From the NCBI RefSeq assembly GCF_902713615.1, contig NW_024055852.1, forward strand, positions 742,920 through 806,919: a stretch of DNA of 64,000 nt, in the 5' to 3' direction. Under the pieces are notes generated by a model. The model did not search any database. It had not been told where the DNA came from and saw only the letters and a program-made list of their open reading frames with translations. The position numbers and the translations under genes are program-made. This document shows, one piece after another, positions 38,107 through 48,664 of this stretch (position 1 is the first letter of the stretch; every line of letters begins with the position of its first letter). This stretch comes from Scyliorhinus canicula. Lineage: Eukaryota.

Positions 38107-39177
38107 ATGACCAGATTCATTCAGCTCAATTTCACAACCTGCCTTTGTGTTTTTGTGCTTCTCTCTCACTCCCTATTTTCTGTTTTCAATCAGTTTCACA
38201 GGGTTTTCGAAGGGCAGGATTCAAAGATCTGGAAACTCAAACCAAGCATCACATCAGGATCTGACAGAGTCCTCAACTTATCACATCCTGAATATCATCG
38301 TACTTTGAACATGGAAGGAAAAAGCATTGTTCACAGTGGGGAGAAACCGAACACGTGTTGTGTGTGTGGACGAGGATTCGCTCGATCATCAGGCCTCACA
38401 AGCCACAAATGCAGTCACACTGAGGAGAAACCGTGGAAATGTGCGGACTGTGGGAAAGGATTCACTTCCCCATCCAAGCTGGAAACACATCGACGCAGTC
38501 ACACTGGGGAGAGGCCATTCACCTGCTCCAAGTGTGGGAAGGGATTTACTCAGTCATCCACTCTGTCCATACACCAGCGATTTCACTCCAGGGAGAGACC
38601 ATTCACCTGCTCCAAATGTGGGAAGGGATTCCCTCAGTCATCCGCTCTGTCTACACACCAGCAAATTCACACTGGGGAGAGACCATTCCCCTGCTCCAAA
38701 TGTGGGAAGGGATTCATTCAGTCATCCGCTCTGTCCACACACCAGCGAATTCACACTGGGGAGAGACCATTCACCTGCTCCAAGTGTGGGAAGGGATTTG
38801 CTATTTCATCCAACCTGCAGAAGCATCAGCGAGTTCACACTAATGAGAGACCGTTTCAATGTCCAGACTGCGGGAAGTGCTATAAAAGTTCTGGGGAACT
38901 GATGAGCCATCAACGTGTTCACACTGACGAGAAACCGTACACGTGCTCTTACTGCGGGACTGGGTTCAGACAATCATCTCACCTCACTGTACATCAGCGA
39001 ATTCACACTGGGGAGAGGCCATTCACCTGCTCTAAGTGTGGGAAGGGATTCATTCAGTTATCCAATCTGCAGAGGCACCAGCGAATTCACACTGGGGAGA
39101 AACCATTCACCTGTGAGTGTGGGAAGGGATTCACCACATCAATCCTCCTGCTGAGACACCAACGTGGCCATAAGTAA
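38107..39177 (+). CDS. C2H2 zinc-finger protein, 10 tandem fingers (likely ATG 38311 or spliced entry near 38194)
   Basis: Open frame with repeated C-x2-C-x12-H-x3-H and TGE(K/R)P linkers; no KRAB, SCAN or BTB domain visible in this exon. Confidence 0.92.
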   Translation: MTRFIQLNFTTCLCVFVLLSHSLFSVFNQFHRVFEGQDSKIWKLKPSITSGSDRVLNLSHPEYHRTLNMEGKSIVHSGEKPNTCCVCGRGFARSSGLTSHKCSHTEEKPWKCADCGKGFTSPSKLETHRRSHTGERPFTCSKCGKGFTQSSTLSIHQRFHSRERPFTCSKCGKGFPQSSALSTHQQIHTGERPFPCSKCGKGFIQSSALSTHQRIHTGERPFTCSKCGKGFAISSNLQKHQRVHTNERPFQCPDCGKCYKSSGELMSHQRVHTDEKPYTCSYCGTGFRQSSHLTVHQRIHTGERPFTCSKCGKGFIQLSNLQRHQRIHTGEKPFTCECGKGFTTSILLLRHQRGHK

Positions 39178-39429
39178 TCACAGTGATTGAATTTTGCTGT
39201 TCCTCACATTCAGGACTGAACATGTTCATTTGTGTCTCTTTCTGCTGATAACAATTCCAGCCCATTTACAGGGGCTAACATTCTGGCTAAAAGTCAAATA
39301 AATCAGATTTGTGTTAAATCCGCAGTGTGTTGAAATATCTGACACAAGTTAGTTCCTTTTGAAGTTCTCTCGCTCTCCCCTCTCTTCCATCCTCACCTCC
39401 AACAAGAAGTGTGAGGAGCTTGTGGAGCT

Positions 39430-39905
39430 TCTTTGTGACTGAGATTGAGTCAATCCGATCAGCTGCCTCTGCTGCTTCCCTCCCTTCCACGAGCCCACCG
39501 GACCAAACTGTCTCTAAATTTCATCCTTTCCCGAGCCCTGAACCCACATCTTTCCCGAGTTTCTCTCCCATCTCCCCTCATGCCCCCTGAGCTCAACTTG
39601 TCCATGAGACCCAGCTCCTGCTCCATCGACCCTATTCCCACTGGGATACTAATCAGCCAACTACCCTGTGTCCATGGATATTGTCAACATTTCTCTCTCT
39701 TCAGGTACTGTCCCTCTGTCCTTCAAATCTGCCATCATCACCCTCTTCTCTATAAAACAAACTCTTGACCCTGCCATCCTTACAAATTACTGCCCCATCT
39801 TCAACCTCCCTCTCCTCTCCAAACTCTTTGAACATGTTGTCACCTCCCAAATCTTTGCCCATCTTTCCCAGAACTCCCATGTTTGAATCCCTTCAATCAG
39901 GTCTC
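39430..39905 (+). mobile_element. Old LINE (L2-like) RT fragment
   Basis: Decayed IDPIPT..L, NISLSSGTVP.SFKSAII and NYCPI.NLP.LSKLFE motifs. Confidence 0.65.
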
Positions 39906-39949
39906 TGCCTATCACAGTGAAATACAAGAGACAAACAGAATCTTACCCG

Positions 39950-40329
39950 GAGAGAAAGACAGACAATCCGGGAGCTTGGATCCAACACGGATACGTCCAG
40001 AAGACAAGGGTAGCAGCACAGTCATTATTTTATTTTTTTAAATTTAGAGTACCCAATTATATTTTTTTCCAATTCAGGGGCAATTTAGTGTGGCCAATCC
40101 ACTTAACCAACACATCTTTGGGATGTGGGGGTGAAACCCATGCAGACACGGGGAGAATGTGAAAACTCCACACAGTGGACCCAGGGCTGCGATTTGAACC
40201 CAGGTCCTCAGCGCTAAAGGAGCACAGTCATTACTGAGAAACAACAATACCTGCTGGAGACAAGACAGACAACTAGACAACACGAATCACAACACCAAGC
40301 TACCTGGACCCATATACGCGAGACAGGAA
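39950..40329 (+). mobile_element. Decayed Penelope-like RT, left part (target of the provirus)
   Basis: Joined across the TSD to 49742-49975 it reads DKG..V, FYLFPKIHK, RPI; contains a SINE with 13-bp TSD agcacagtcatta (40015-40027 and 40221-40233). Confidence 0.65.
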
Positions 40330-41388
40330 TGTTTTTCTAAATTCACCTCTCTGTTTTAGAATTCCCCTTATACCAAAGACCAAAAGGGCCAATATTCTAA
40401 AACGGCGAACAGGGATTCTCCCTCCCTGACTCCAGTACAGGCCTCTGTGAGTGCTATTCGGGTCAAACTCTCCTTTCAAGTTATCCCCCGGTATAACTCA
40501 TACCTTCACTGAAGAATTTTACTTACTTACCCCTTAATAGCATCGATGTCCCGGGTCCTGCGTTCTTAAGGAAGTGAAGTAAGCTAATAACCACTTTTTC
40601 AGGTTAAATTATTTTATTATTAACATACTCTTTTCTATTTCATTAAATTAAAAACATTATTTACTTTTGGATGTTGTCTGGTTGGTTGTTGAGGCCTTCA
40701 GACTCTCTCTCTCTCTCTTTCAATCCTCCTGGTCATCTCTCCTGGTGCTGTTTTCTCTTTTTCTCCTGGTCTTCTGTCTTCATTGGCTGCTGCTCCCTCG
40801 CATTCTTCTCCTGGGCCGTCTGCTCTTGGGTCTCTCCTGCCGCTGGGCCGCTCCTCTCCTGGGCCTTCCCGCTCCTGGGCCTTCCTGCCGCTGGGCCGTC
40901 TCGCTGCTGTCTCTTCTGCTTCTTCCTCCTTCTGGTGCCGCTGGTGTTCTGGTGCTGGTTTCTTTGTTCCTGCTGTTCTGCCTCGTGGGGAGAGAGAGAG
41001 GAGGAGCCCTGGAAGCCCGCACTGGCTGATCTCTTTGTTCCTGCTGTTCTGCCTCGTGGGGAGAGAGAGAGGAGGAGCCCTGGAAGCCCGCGCTGGCTGA
41101 TCTCTGGCGCGAGATCGGGACCTCCGATAAGGATCGGACTTCGGGTCTTAAAGGGGCAGTCCATCACAATTTTTCAACAGCACAAAGAAATTTTTTAAAA
41201 CTTTTTTCTTTTCCCTTTCTCCTGCTGCAGGTTGTAATAACCATTCTGATAGACTGAAATTGCTGCCCACAGTTTCTGTGCTCTTCAGCTGCCACCAACC
41301 TCTTGTGGGATCTTTCCCTGCACTCTCCCCGATCAGATATTGGCAGACCTCTATGTTTCAAATGACACATTCTGTATTTTCCAGAACA
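40330..41388 (-). repeat. 3' LTR (1059 bp)
   Basis: Matches 48683-49741; AATAAA at 40618-40613; TATA-like TTTAAG near 41150; internal 2 x 71-bp direct repeat 40961-41102; preceded by short purine tract AAGACGGGG. Confidence 0.96.
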
Positions 41389-42786
41389 CCCCGTCTTGAC
41401 ATTTGAAACATTACTATAATTTGGTTTATTGTCCCCCCATCCAATTGTACTAACATACATCCCTGATCATTGTCATTTGTATGCATATCACAGACCAGTG
41501 TCAATACGAGTCTTGTTTTCCGTTCCAGTCCAACTTGTTTTCCATTTCTGATTGGAATGTGGTAATTGTGATATCTTGTACCCCCCACTGATCCCCTTGT
41601 CTTATTAATTTAAAATGTTCAATTGATCCTGCTTGTATTCCTAACTTCCCCATTAATGTCTAACATTGTCGTGAATCATGTAAGTCTGCCAACCCCTGGT
41701 TTACATGAGAGAACATCTTTCTGACAACGTGTATATTTTTCATTTCAGCATTTACAAAACCACATTGAACCGTCTCTTTTTTTTTCTTCCCAAACAAATT
41801 CTCCCTATTGTTCTGTACATAGTAAAATTTTTATCTTATCTTAACACCTTATTCATTACCTAACCAATAGACTGTGTGTTACACTTTACGTATTTTCAAC
41901 TGTTAACAATTTAATATCAATATCGAAACATCGCTTCTTGGCTTTTTGGAACAATAATTATTACATACTAAACTAACCCTCTATTAAAACATTCACAGTT
42001 TAGAAATGCGGATCAAGTTATTTAACGACACACATACCCCCCGTATCATATATATACAACAGTCCCTATCAATTTACATGAAAATAAAAAAAATTTTCTT
42101 ATCAACGATTATAGCTCTTCAATGCAATATTGTTTTGTTGCATTGGTAACAATTTTCCCGCCGTAGTATCAAGCTACTAAAATTCTTAACCTATTATCAT
42201 TTATCATATTGGGGTTCCTCGTCAGTCGCTGCTATCTGCTGCCGAGACCTTAATGATTCCACCGCGTAGTACATACCCCATGGAGACCACAGATCATCCA
42301 TCAACTAATGTCCAGTTAGAGATGTCTGACCGGGGGTTTCACTGTCCAGTTATAATTTGATATTCTAATTTGTTTCTAACCCGTAAAGTTTTCCTCCGGG
42401 TTCTGTCATTTAATTCCCTCAAATTTGTAGCCAATTATATCATTAGTTTCCCCCCAATCCTGTCGAACAGATTCTTCTCTGGAGTGTAGTTCTCTTCCTT
42501 CTTGCGAACTGGTTTGTTATTGGAGTGTAGTTCTCTTCCTTCTTGCGAACTGGTTTGTTATTAATTTTTTCCACCTGAAAAAGCAAATGAACAGATCAAG
42601 GGTGGAGAGGGCCCTATTCTTTAATTCGGATTATCCCAGAAGTGCCCTCTCCAGGACTTCCGGATTCCTTTTGCCATCATTTCTTTTTGAACTGGTTTAT
42701 ATTCCATATCCTTGATGTACATCATACCATTAAGGCCTGTCAAGCCTCCTTCTGTCATTTCACCCCTGAGTGAGATTCGAAGAATC

Positions 42787-45700
42787 TCAAACTCCTCTGA
42801 TGCTCACTGGGTCGTGTGTTTCAAGCCTGAAACAATTTATTTTGCTCCAGACACCATGCTTCTCTAATTCAATTGTATGTGTACCCAGAATCTGAACAAT
42901 CTTGTCTTTACATTTTACAGTCTCACGAATGATTTTCCCCGCAGTCTTAGTTGGTAACTTTACCCAAACTTCGTCTCCTACTTGATAATTCCCAGATTCA
43001 CTTGGGTCTCCTTGTCCCTGGGGGACAGAGGTTCCAAGGTTGCTATTAAGATCAAATACTATTCTTTCAATGTCTTTATCCCAGCCTTTATTATTCTGAT
43101 TCTTTATGATCCAATCCTTTACTTTTCTTACAGACCTCTCAGCCATTCCATTACTCTCAGGTGCATATTTCACGGCCCAATTGATTGTTATTCCTCTGTC
43201 AGCACAAAAGTTAATAACAGTATTGTTTCTAAAGTGTGGCGCGTTGTCCATTCGGATCGATTCTGGTCTACCTCTGGAGGTCATCATTTCTGCCAATACC
43301 CTTTTGGTTGTGGCTCCATTTGCTTTGCTGGTTGCTCTAAGGTCACTTTCTCCCGTGCAGCTATCAGCTTTGACTAAAAAATACAAATTACCTTTGCTGC
43401 TTCTGGGAAAAAGTGGTCCTGCATAATCTAATGACCATTCCTGCATTGGTTTCTCAGTTTTTATGCTCCCATATGTTTTATTTCCTCTCTGTCCTCCACA
43501 GGCCATACATCTCTCACATTTTCTCCTTACTGCAGTTAAATGTTGTCTCCAATAGGCTATTTTAATTCCCAACTTCTTCAACTCCCTTGCGACTACAACA
43601 TGACCCCCATGTCCTGTGGCTTCATGTACTTGCTTAATTATCATTTGATGGTCGGCTGCTGAGTTCCCAAGAGTCCCCAAGATTATTGTCCTAAGTCTGG
43701 CTAATTCATCCACTTCCTGATTCCCCTTACACAGTTCCCCAATTCCTTTTGTGTGTGCTTTTTGATGAATTGTCTGGATCTCCATATCGGCTAAAATTTT
43801 ATCTATCTCTTCCCACTGTTCTTTCTGTTCCAGTAGTTTATTTCTACCGTTCGTCCAACCGTTTAGTTTCCAAAACTCCAAATCTTTCTCCAATCCTTGC
43901 TGCACGAAAAAGCTATCGGTTACAACGGTAACTTCCTGCAGCTTTCGCTGGTGACACTCCTTTAACCCTTGCAATACTCCCTCTACCTCAGCTGTCTGAG
44001 CTGATCCAATGATTATTCCCTGTTCCTCCACTACTATGTTTCCTGAATTTTTTAAAATGAATGCCCATCTGGCTTGTTCTTCGTCCTTCTTGACTTTACT
44101 ACCATCAGTATATAATACCCAAGCATTCACCAACTCCGTTTTACTAACTGGCTCATCAAGTTTCTGTCCCTTTTGAATGTTATGAACAAACATTAAGTCA
44201 GGGTTTAGAAGAATGGTTTCCCATCTTTCCCATCGAGCTGTATTCGCGCCTTGCTGGCAAATCTGTCTCTTGGTTAGCTCCTTTAACTCCAAAAACTCAG
44301 TTGTGACATAAATTTTCTTACCACCCGACAAGTTTTCTATCTCTGCTATTCTCTTTGTTATAGCTGCTAGGCATTTCTCGATGTTTGAAAACTTTTGTTC
44401 AGCTCTCGACCAGTTTCCTGTCAGATGTTTGATAGGTGTCTGATTGCTAAGATTAGCAAGTACCATACCATATCCATTTTTATAGATGTCTAATTTAATG
44501 CTTAAATCATCCTCTTCTTGTCTCCCAACTAATGACCCCGATATCGCAATTGCTGTCTTTAACTGATCTAACCCTCTCTGGGCCTCGCTGGTCCAAATAA
44601 AATCCCCTTTCAAGGTTTGATAAATGGCTTTAGCATAGAGGCTGAAGTCCTTCACTACTGGCCTTAGATATCCCAACATTCCCATTATTTTTTGAACCCC
44701 TTTTTTCGAAACAGGCGCAGTAATTTCAGCTATCTTCTTCCTCATTTCAATACTGGCCTCTCTACCTTCCTTCGATACTGAATAACCCAAATAGTTGACT
44801 TCGCTTCTCCCAATTTGACATTTCTTTAGCCCTATTTTAAAGCCTGCTTCGCTAAGTGTCTTAATGATCCTGGCCACTCTTTCCACATGTTTGTCCTGAT
44901 CGTCATCTCCAATTAATATATCATCGATATATACTAAAGCCAAATCATCTTGAATCAGCTCCCTGATTATTGCCTGAAAGTGATTTGGAGAATTAACATA
45001 TCCCTGTGGAAGTCTACAATATACATAATGCTTAGTTCCAAAGGTGAATGCTGTTTTCTCCCTGCTGTCTGGGTCTAATGGAACACTCCAGAATCCATTC
45101 GCCAAATCTATACTAGTTAAGTAAGTTTTTCCCGCGACTTGCTCTAAGGTAGCTTGTGGACTTATTAAATATCTCTTGTCCTTCTTTGTGACTTTATTTA
45201 AAGCTTTGTAATTTGTTACCATTCTAAATGTACCATCTGGTTTTCTTACTACCTGAAGTGGACTATTTGTTGAGGCATATGTGACCCCTTGAATAATCCC
45301 CTGCTGCTCCAATTCCTTGATTATTATCTCCAGCTCGCTCTTAGCTCCTCTAGGCAAAGGATACTGTTTTTGAGGTCTGTGTTGTCCCCCGTGAATTGCG
45401 TGTTGAAATTGCTGGCTAATCAAACCTGTGTCATTCTTACCTATCGCTAGGTTTGCTCCCATCAGTACTTCTTCCATCTTCTTCCAAGCTTCGTCATTTA
45501 AAATACTTTTCTCTTTCTGTTTCCTTATTTCCTCCATGTTATCAATTGGTTTTAATACCCTTATTTTTCCAGTATCTATTTTTATTAAATCTTTCCCTGC
45601 CATCAGATTATCAGTTCCTGATATTGCCAGTAATTCTCCCAATCTAACTTCTGGTCTAATATCCTTATTCCCTAATGCTCCTTCTACTATGTATTTCTTT

Positions 45701-45855
45701 CCTGTCGGATTTCCAGCTTCTTCCCTTATCATTGATATCTCAGCCCCTGTGTCCACTATAAATCTTTCCCCCTTGTATACTACTACTAATTCTCCTTTGT
45801 CTGTTTCTGTTGTTAGATTTTGTATAGCCTGTTTAAGGGGAGAAGCCGAATCCTG
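42787..45855 (-). CDS. pol: Pol polyprotein (protease, RT, tether/degenerate RNase H, RNase H, integrase); 1022 open codons following the gag stop
   Basis: DTGA; DLANGFW, RLPQGYVNSP, YIDD; LYTDGS/AEVE/TDS/VDELA; H-x4-H..C-x2-C; LDYAGP, MDN-x35-E. Frame open 33 codons upstream of the called GTG start. Confidence 0.96.
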   Translation of the reverse strand, partial: QDSASPLKQAIQNLTTETDKGELVVVYKGERFIVDTGAEISMIREEAGNPTGKKYIVEGALGNKDIRPEVRLGELLAISGTDNLMAGKDLIKIDTGKIRVLKPIDNMEEIRKQKEKSILNDEAWKKMEEVLMGANLAIGKNDTGLISQQFQHAIHGGQHRPQKQYPLPRGAKSELEIIIKELEQQGIIQGVTYASTNSPLQVVRKPDGTFRMVTNYKALNKVTKKDKRYLISPQATLEQVAGKTYLTSIDLANGFWSVPLDPDSREKTAFTFGTKHYVYCRLPQGYVNSPNHFQAIIRELIQDDLALVYIDDILIGDDDQDKHVERVARIIKTLSEAGFKIGLKKCQIGRSEVNYLGYSVSKEGREASIEMRKKIAEITAPVSKKGVQKIMGMLGYLRPVVKDFSLYAKAIYQTLKGDFIWTSEAQRGLDQLKTAIAISGSLVGRQEEDDLSIKLDIYKNGYGMVLANLSNQTPIKHLTGNWSRAEQKFSNIEKCLAAITKRIAEIENLSGGKKIYVTTEFLELKELTKRQICQQGANTARWERWETILLNPDLMFVHNIQKGQKLDEPVSKTELVNAWVLYTDGSKVKKDEEQARWAFILKNSGNIVVEEQGIIIGSAQTAEVEGVLQGLKECHQRKLQEVTVVTDSFFVQQGLEKDLEFWKLNGWTNGRNKLLEQKEQWEEIDKILADMEIQTIHQKAHTKGIGELCKGNQEVDELARLRTIILGTLGNSAADHQMIIKQVHEATGHGGHVVVARELKKLGIKIAYWRQHLTAVRRKCERCMACGGQRGNKTYGSIKTEKPMQEWSLDYAGPLFPRSSKGNLYFLVKADSCTGESDLRATSKANGATTKRVLAEMMTSRGRPESIRMDNAPHFRNNTVINFCADRGITINWAVKYAPESNGMAERSVRKVKDWIIKNQNNKGWDKDIERIVFDLNSNLGTSVPQGQGDPSESGNYQVGDEVWVKLPTKTAGKIIRETVKCKDKIVQILGTHTIELEKHGVWSKINCFRLETHDPVSIRGV

Positions 45856-48075
45856 TCAATATATACCGGGGCCTCCTCTGCCTCCTCCTCGGAATCCCCC
45901 TCGCAAGCGTCCCGGATACCCTTCTGGTGGTTGATATCTACCTTGCTCAATCCTCCCCTGACCAGCTGCTCTTCTTCTCCTATCCTCAATGAATCTGTCT
46001 CTTTCCTCCCGACTGAGGGCTAGGAATTGTTCCCTTGGTAAATAATCTAGATTTTGTGGTGGAGGTGGCCCTTGTGACCGCAAATTATACCCATGTTGTG
46101 GCATTGCTGGTTGTGCTGGATTCTGTTCCGATTTGTCAGGTATCTGTCGGTTTGGTGGTCTAATCTGAGCATTTTGTGTTGAAACATTATTTTGGGCAGC
46201 TGCTCTTTTTTGTTCCCCTTTTGTGTGTTTATCCTTAAATGCTTTGCCTGCCAAATCCAATTTAACCAGTTCTCTTCCTATTTCTCTTCTAGAGGTCGTT
46301 AACAGTATTGTTGAGAGGCTTTTTCCTCCTGGAATCTTGGATCCTAATTCCCTCAGGAATCTGACTACATCGACCCCCTCTTCCTTATTAACCTCATATA
46401 TTCGGTCGATATATGGTGTGAGGTGTTCCCCTGCATATGCTGCCTCTGTCATCTCTTTCATTAAATTAGCTCTCTCATTTCCCAAATCTAACTCATTTAT
46501 TAAATCTGAGACTTCGCCTGTAACTATTTCTCCCACTGTATGTAAATCAATCAATTTGGTGGATTCTCCTGATGCCCCCATTTTCTTCGCTAACTGTTTT
46601 AACCTCTGTGAATACTCAACTCTACTCTCCCCATGTTTCTTTGGGCCTGCTGTCTTCATTACGGCTGCTACTATTTTATACGGTACCATGCCTCCCTGTC
46701 CTTCCTCTGGACCTGGTGTAAATGACTGAACTATTTTCTCACTTCTGGGGCATGGTGTTCTCAAAGGGGCACCTCTATCTGGGTCCCTATATTCGGAGAA
46801 ATGTATCCGTCGTCGTACCGGTTCTTCCTCAAAATAGGGGGTACTATGTTGTGCAAACTCTTCCACCGATTCTATATATTCTTCAAACCTTGCACTTGGT
46901 ACTTGGCTATCTCGTGGAGCATAACTTGCCCTATCCATTGGAGTAGGAGCAGTTTTTTGGGGTCTTGGACGATTCTGTATCCTTTCCTGTGGTCTTAATG
47001 CTGCTATTATCTGGCCTTGTGTTTCTGTGCTGTTCCTTACCCTACTCATGGCTCTTCCGAAACTGTCATACCCTTTGCTCATTTGCCAAATTTTAGCTTT
47101 GGGGGTAACGTTTGGTAATTCTAGTAATTTCGTAGAATCAATTTGTTGACTTCCTCCTATTATTTCTCCTATTTTAAGTCCCCTAGCTGTAACCTCTCTT
47201 TCCCATCCTTCCTGATCTCTATGGTGTACCATTTCTGCTTCTGGATTATAAATATAATACGGTACATCCTTATTTACTGGTTGATAAGTGGAAGGTTGTT
47301 GTTGTTTCCAGTGATCGCTATAATCCCCTATTTCTAATGGTTTAGAATTTTTTCTATTCCCTATTCCTCTCTTTTGTTTGACTATTTCCTCATTCTCGGA
47401 TGAGGATGATAATTCTTCCTGTCCCATCACAGGAGGCGCCATAATCCCAACTATGCCTTGTTCCTCTTCACTTTCTTGTGGTTCAAAGAAATGATCGATA
47501 AACGCTTCTTTCTTATGTGTGGCAGATTGCTGAGGCCAATTTTCTTCCTGAAACAGACTTGGCTCTGGGTATTGAAAATTGTATCCCGTTGGGAAATTTT
47601 CACAGGGGTCCGAATTCTCTCGGCTATCTGATTCTAGGCCTGATTCCTCGTCACTTTCCATTTCTAATGGTTCATTTTTCTGCAGTTGTTTTATATATTT
47701 GCCTACCACTTCAGAGTTACTTTTGTGTTTACTAGGGATCTGTATTATTTCTGTCCTGTTTACTCCGTCAATGATTTTAATCAGTTTGGAACACACTTTG
47801 CCCACTTGAGCAGCTGCATGCTTCTGTCTGTGTCCAAATACGATTAGTGATTCAGCTCGCTTTTCAAATGCAAACTGACAAAGTGCTTTAAGGACCCTGA
47901 CAGAATCTGTATATTGCAGGGCTTTTGGCACTCTAACAAAGAGGGAGATATCTCCGTCTGGATACATATCTCTTGTCCAGGATTTCTTTTGCTCTTTTAA
48001 TTTCTTCCATTCCCTTTTCATTTCTACATTTCTCTTGACCGTATCCCAGGGCATGAGAATTACCCTAATTGCCAT
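45856..48075 (-). CDS. gag: Gag-like polyprotein, 739 aa from ATG 48075
   Basis: Long ORF between PBS and pol; AAAATGG Kozak context; acidic and proline-rich middle; Gly/Arg-rich C-terminus; no CCHC knuckle. Identity is by position, not a recognised motif. Confidence 0.85.
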   Translation of the reverse strand: MAIRVILMPWDTVKRNVEMKREWKKLKEQKKSWTRDMYPDGDISLFVRVPKALQYTDSVRVLKALCQFAFEKRAESLIVFGHRQKHAAAQVGKVCSKLIKIIDGVNRTEIIQIPSKHKSNSEVVGKYIKQLQKNEPLEMESDEESGLESDSRENSDPCENFPTGYNFQYPEPSLFQEENWPQQSATHKKEAFIDHFFEPQESEEEQGIVGIMAPPVMGQEELSSSSENEEIVKQKRGIGNRKNSKPLEIGDYSDHWKQQQPSTYQPVNKDVPYYIYNPEAEMVHHRDQEGWEREVTARGLKIGEIIGGSQQIDSTKLLELPNVTPKAKIWQMSKGYDSFGRAMSRVRNSTETQGQIIAALRPQERIQNRPRPQKTAPTPMDRASYAPRDSQVPSARFEEYIESVEEFAQHSTPYFEEEPVRRRIHFSEYRDPDRGAPLRTPCPRSEKIVQSFTPGPEEGQGGMVPYKIVAAVMKTAGPKKHGESRVEYSQRLKQLAKKMGASGESTKLIDLHTVGEIVTGEVSDLINELDLGNERANLMKEMTEAAYAGEHLTPYIDRIYEVNKEEGVDVVRFLRELGSKIPGGKSLSTILLTTSRREIGRELVKLDLAGKAFKDKHTKGEQKRAAAQNNVSTQNAQIRPPNRQIPDKSEQNPAQPAMPQHGYNLRSQGPPPPQNLDYLPREQFLALSREERDRFIEDRRRRAAGQGRIEQGRYQPPEGYPGRLRGGFRGGGRGGPGIY

Positions 48076-48500
48076 TTTCGGATTTTTAGTTCTGTTCCTG
48101 GTTGTCCCTTTCAGGTGCACTCTGAAATTAAGGATAAGTACCCTTTCTGGGCCCTATCCAAGGCTGACCAAGGCACTATCTTCCTGCTTTAGTTAAGGGT
48201 CGATTGATTATTGGTTTCTGAAGATAAGCGTCCCTATTTTCCAGAAAATGTCCGCACAATCTGCCTTACCCTGAGGATGATTTATTCTTTAGCCCCTTTT
48301 ACCAGTAATGGATGCAAGATTTTAGTGCTGTCACCAAAATGTCTTGCAGACTTTTCTCGGGGTCAGTATCTTCTAGTCTACTGATTTTCACACCCAACCT
48401 GAGCTTCTGTCCCCTCGATCCACAGAATATCCTTACAAAAGCCAATCACACATGACTTTCCAGACTAAACTCGGCAGGTAAAGTCTGACTCACACATAGA

Positions 48501-48663
48501 CTAGAAACTTCTAATATTCTAGCCTTTGTGCCGGTTAGAAACTTCTAATATTCCAACCGTTTCTTGGGAACTAGAAACTTCTAATATTCTAGCCCCTACT
48601 CTTCTTAACTAGAAACTTCTAATATTCTAGCCTCGCTTTACCTAGAAACTTCTAATATTCTAG
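48501..48663 (-). repeat. Five 22-nt hairpin repeats with invariant 10-nt loop, directly 3' of the PBS
   Basis: Copies at 48501, 48535, 48571, 48609, 48642; RNA CUAGAA-UAUUAGAAGU-UUCUAG; spacers 12, 14, 16, 11 nt. Confidence 0.92.
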
Positions 48664-48664
48664 G

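Noticed and set aside
38327-39154. Overlapping alternative-frame ORFs in the ZNF gene
   Set aside because: Expected by-products of the 84-bp finger periodicity.
40667-41198. Plus-strand 120- and 175-aa Leu/Cys-rich LTR ORFs as membrane proteins (also 49020-49551)
   Set aside because: Translation of a CT-rich low-complexity tract with non-ATG starts; several frames are open at once.
41389-42786. env gene
   Set aside because: No long ORF, signal peptide, furin site, heptad or TM segment was found by eye on the element's sense strand.
42982-47809. Plus-strand ORFs antisense to gag-pol (e.g. 42982-43377, 45428-45934, 46223-46729)
   Set aside because: Hydrophobic, Ser/Leu/Phe-rich shadows of an A-rich coding strand with no motif. 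An antisense protein cannot be excluded but has no support.
48501-48663. Repeat-spacer pattern resembling a mini-CRISPR
   Set aside because: Spacers are only 11-16 nt and pair as stem extensions; the array sits in a retroviral leader.
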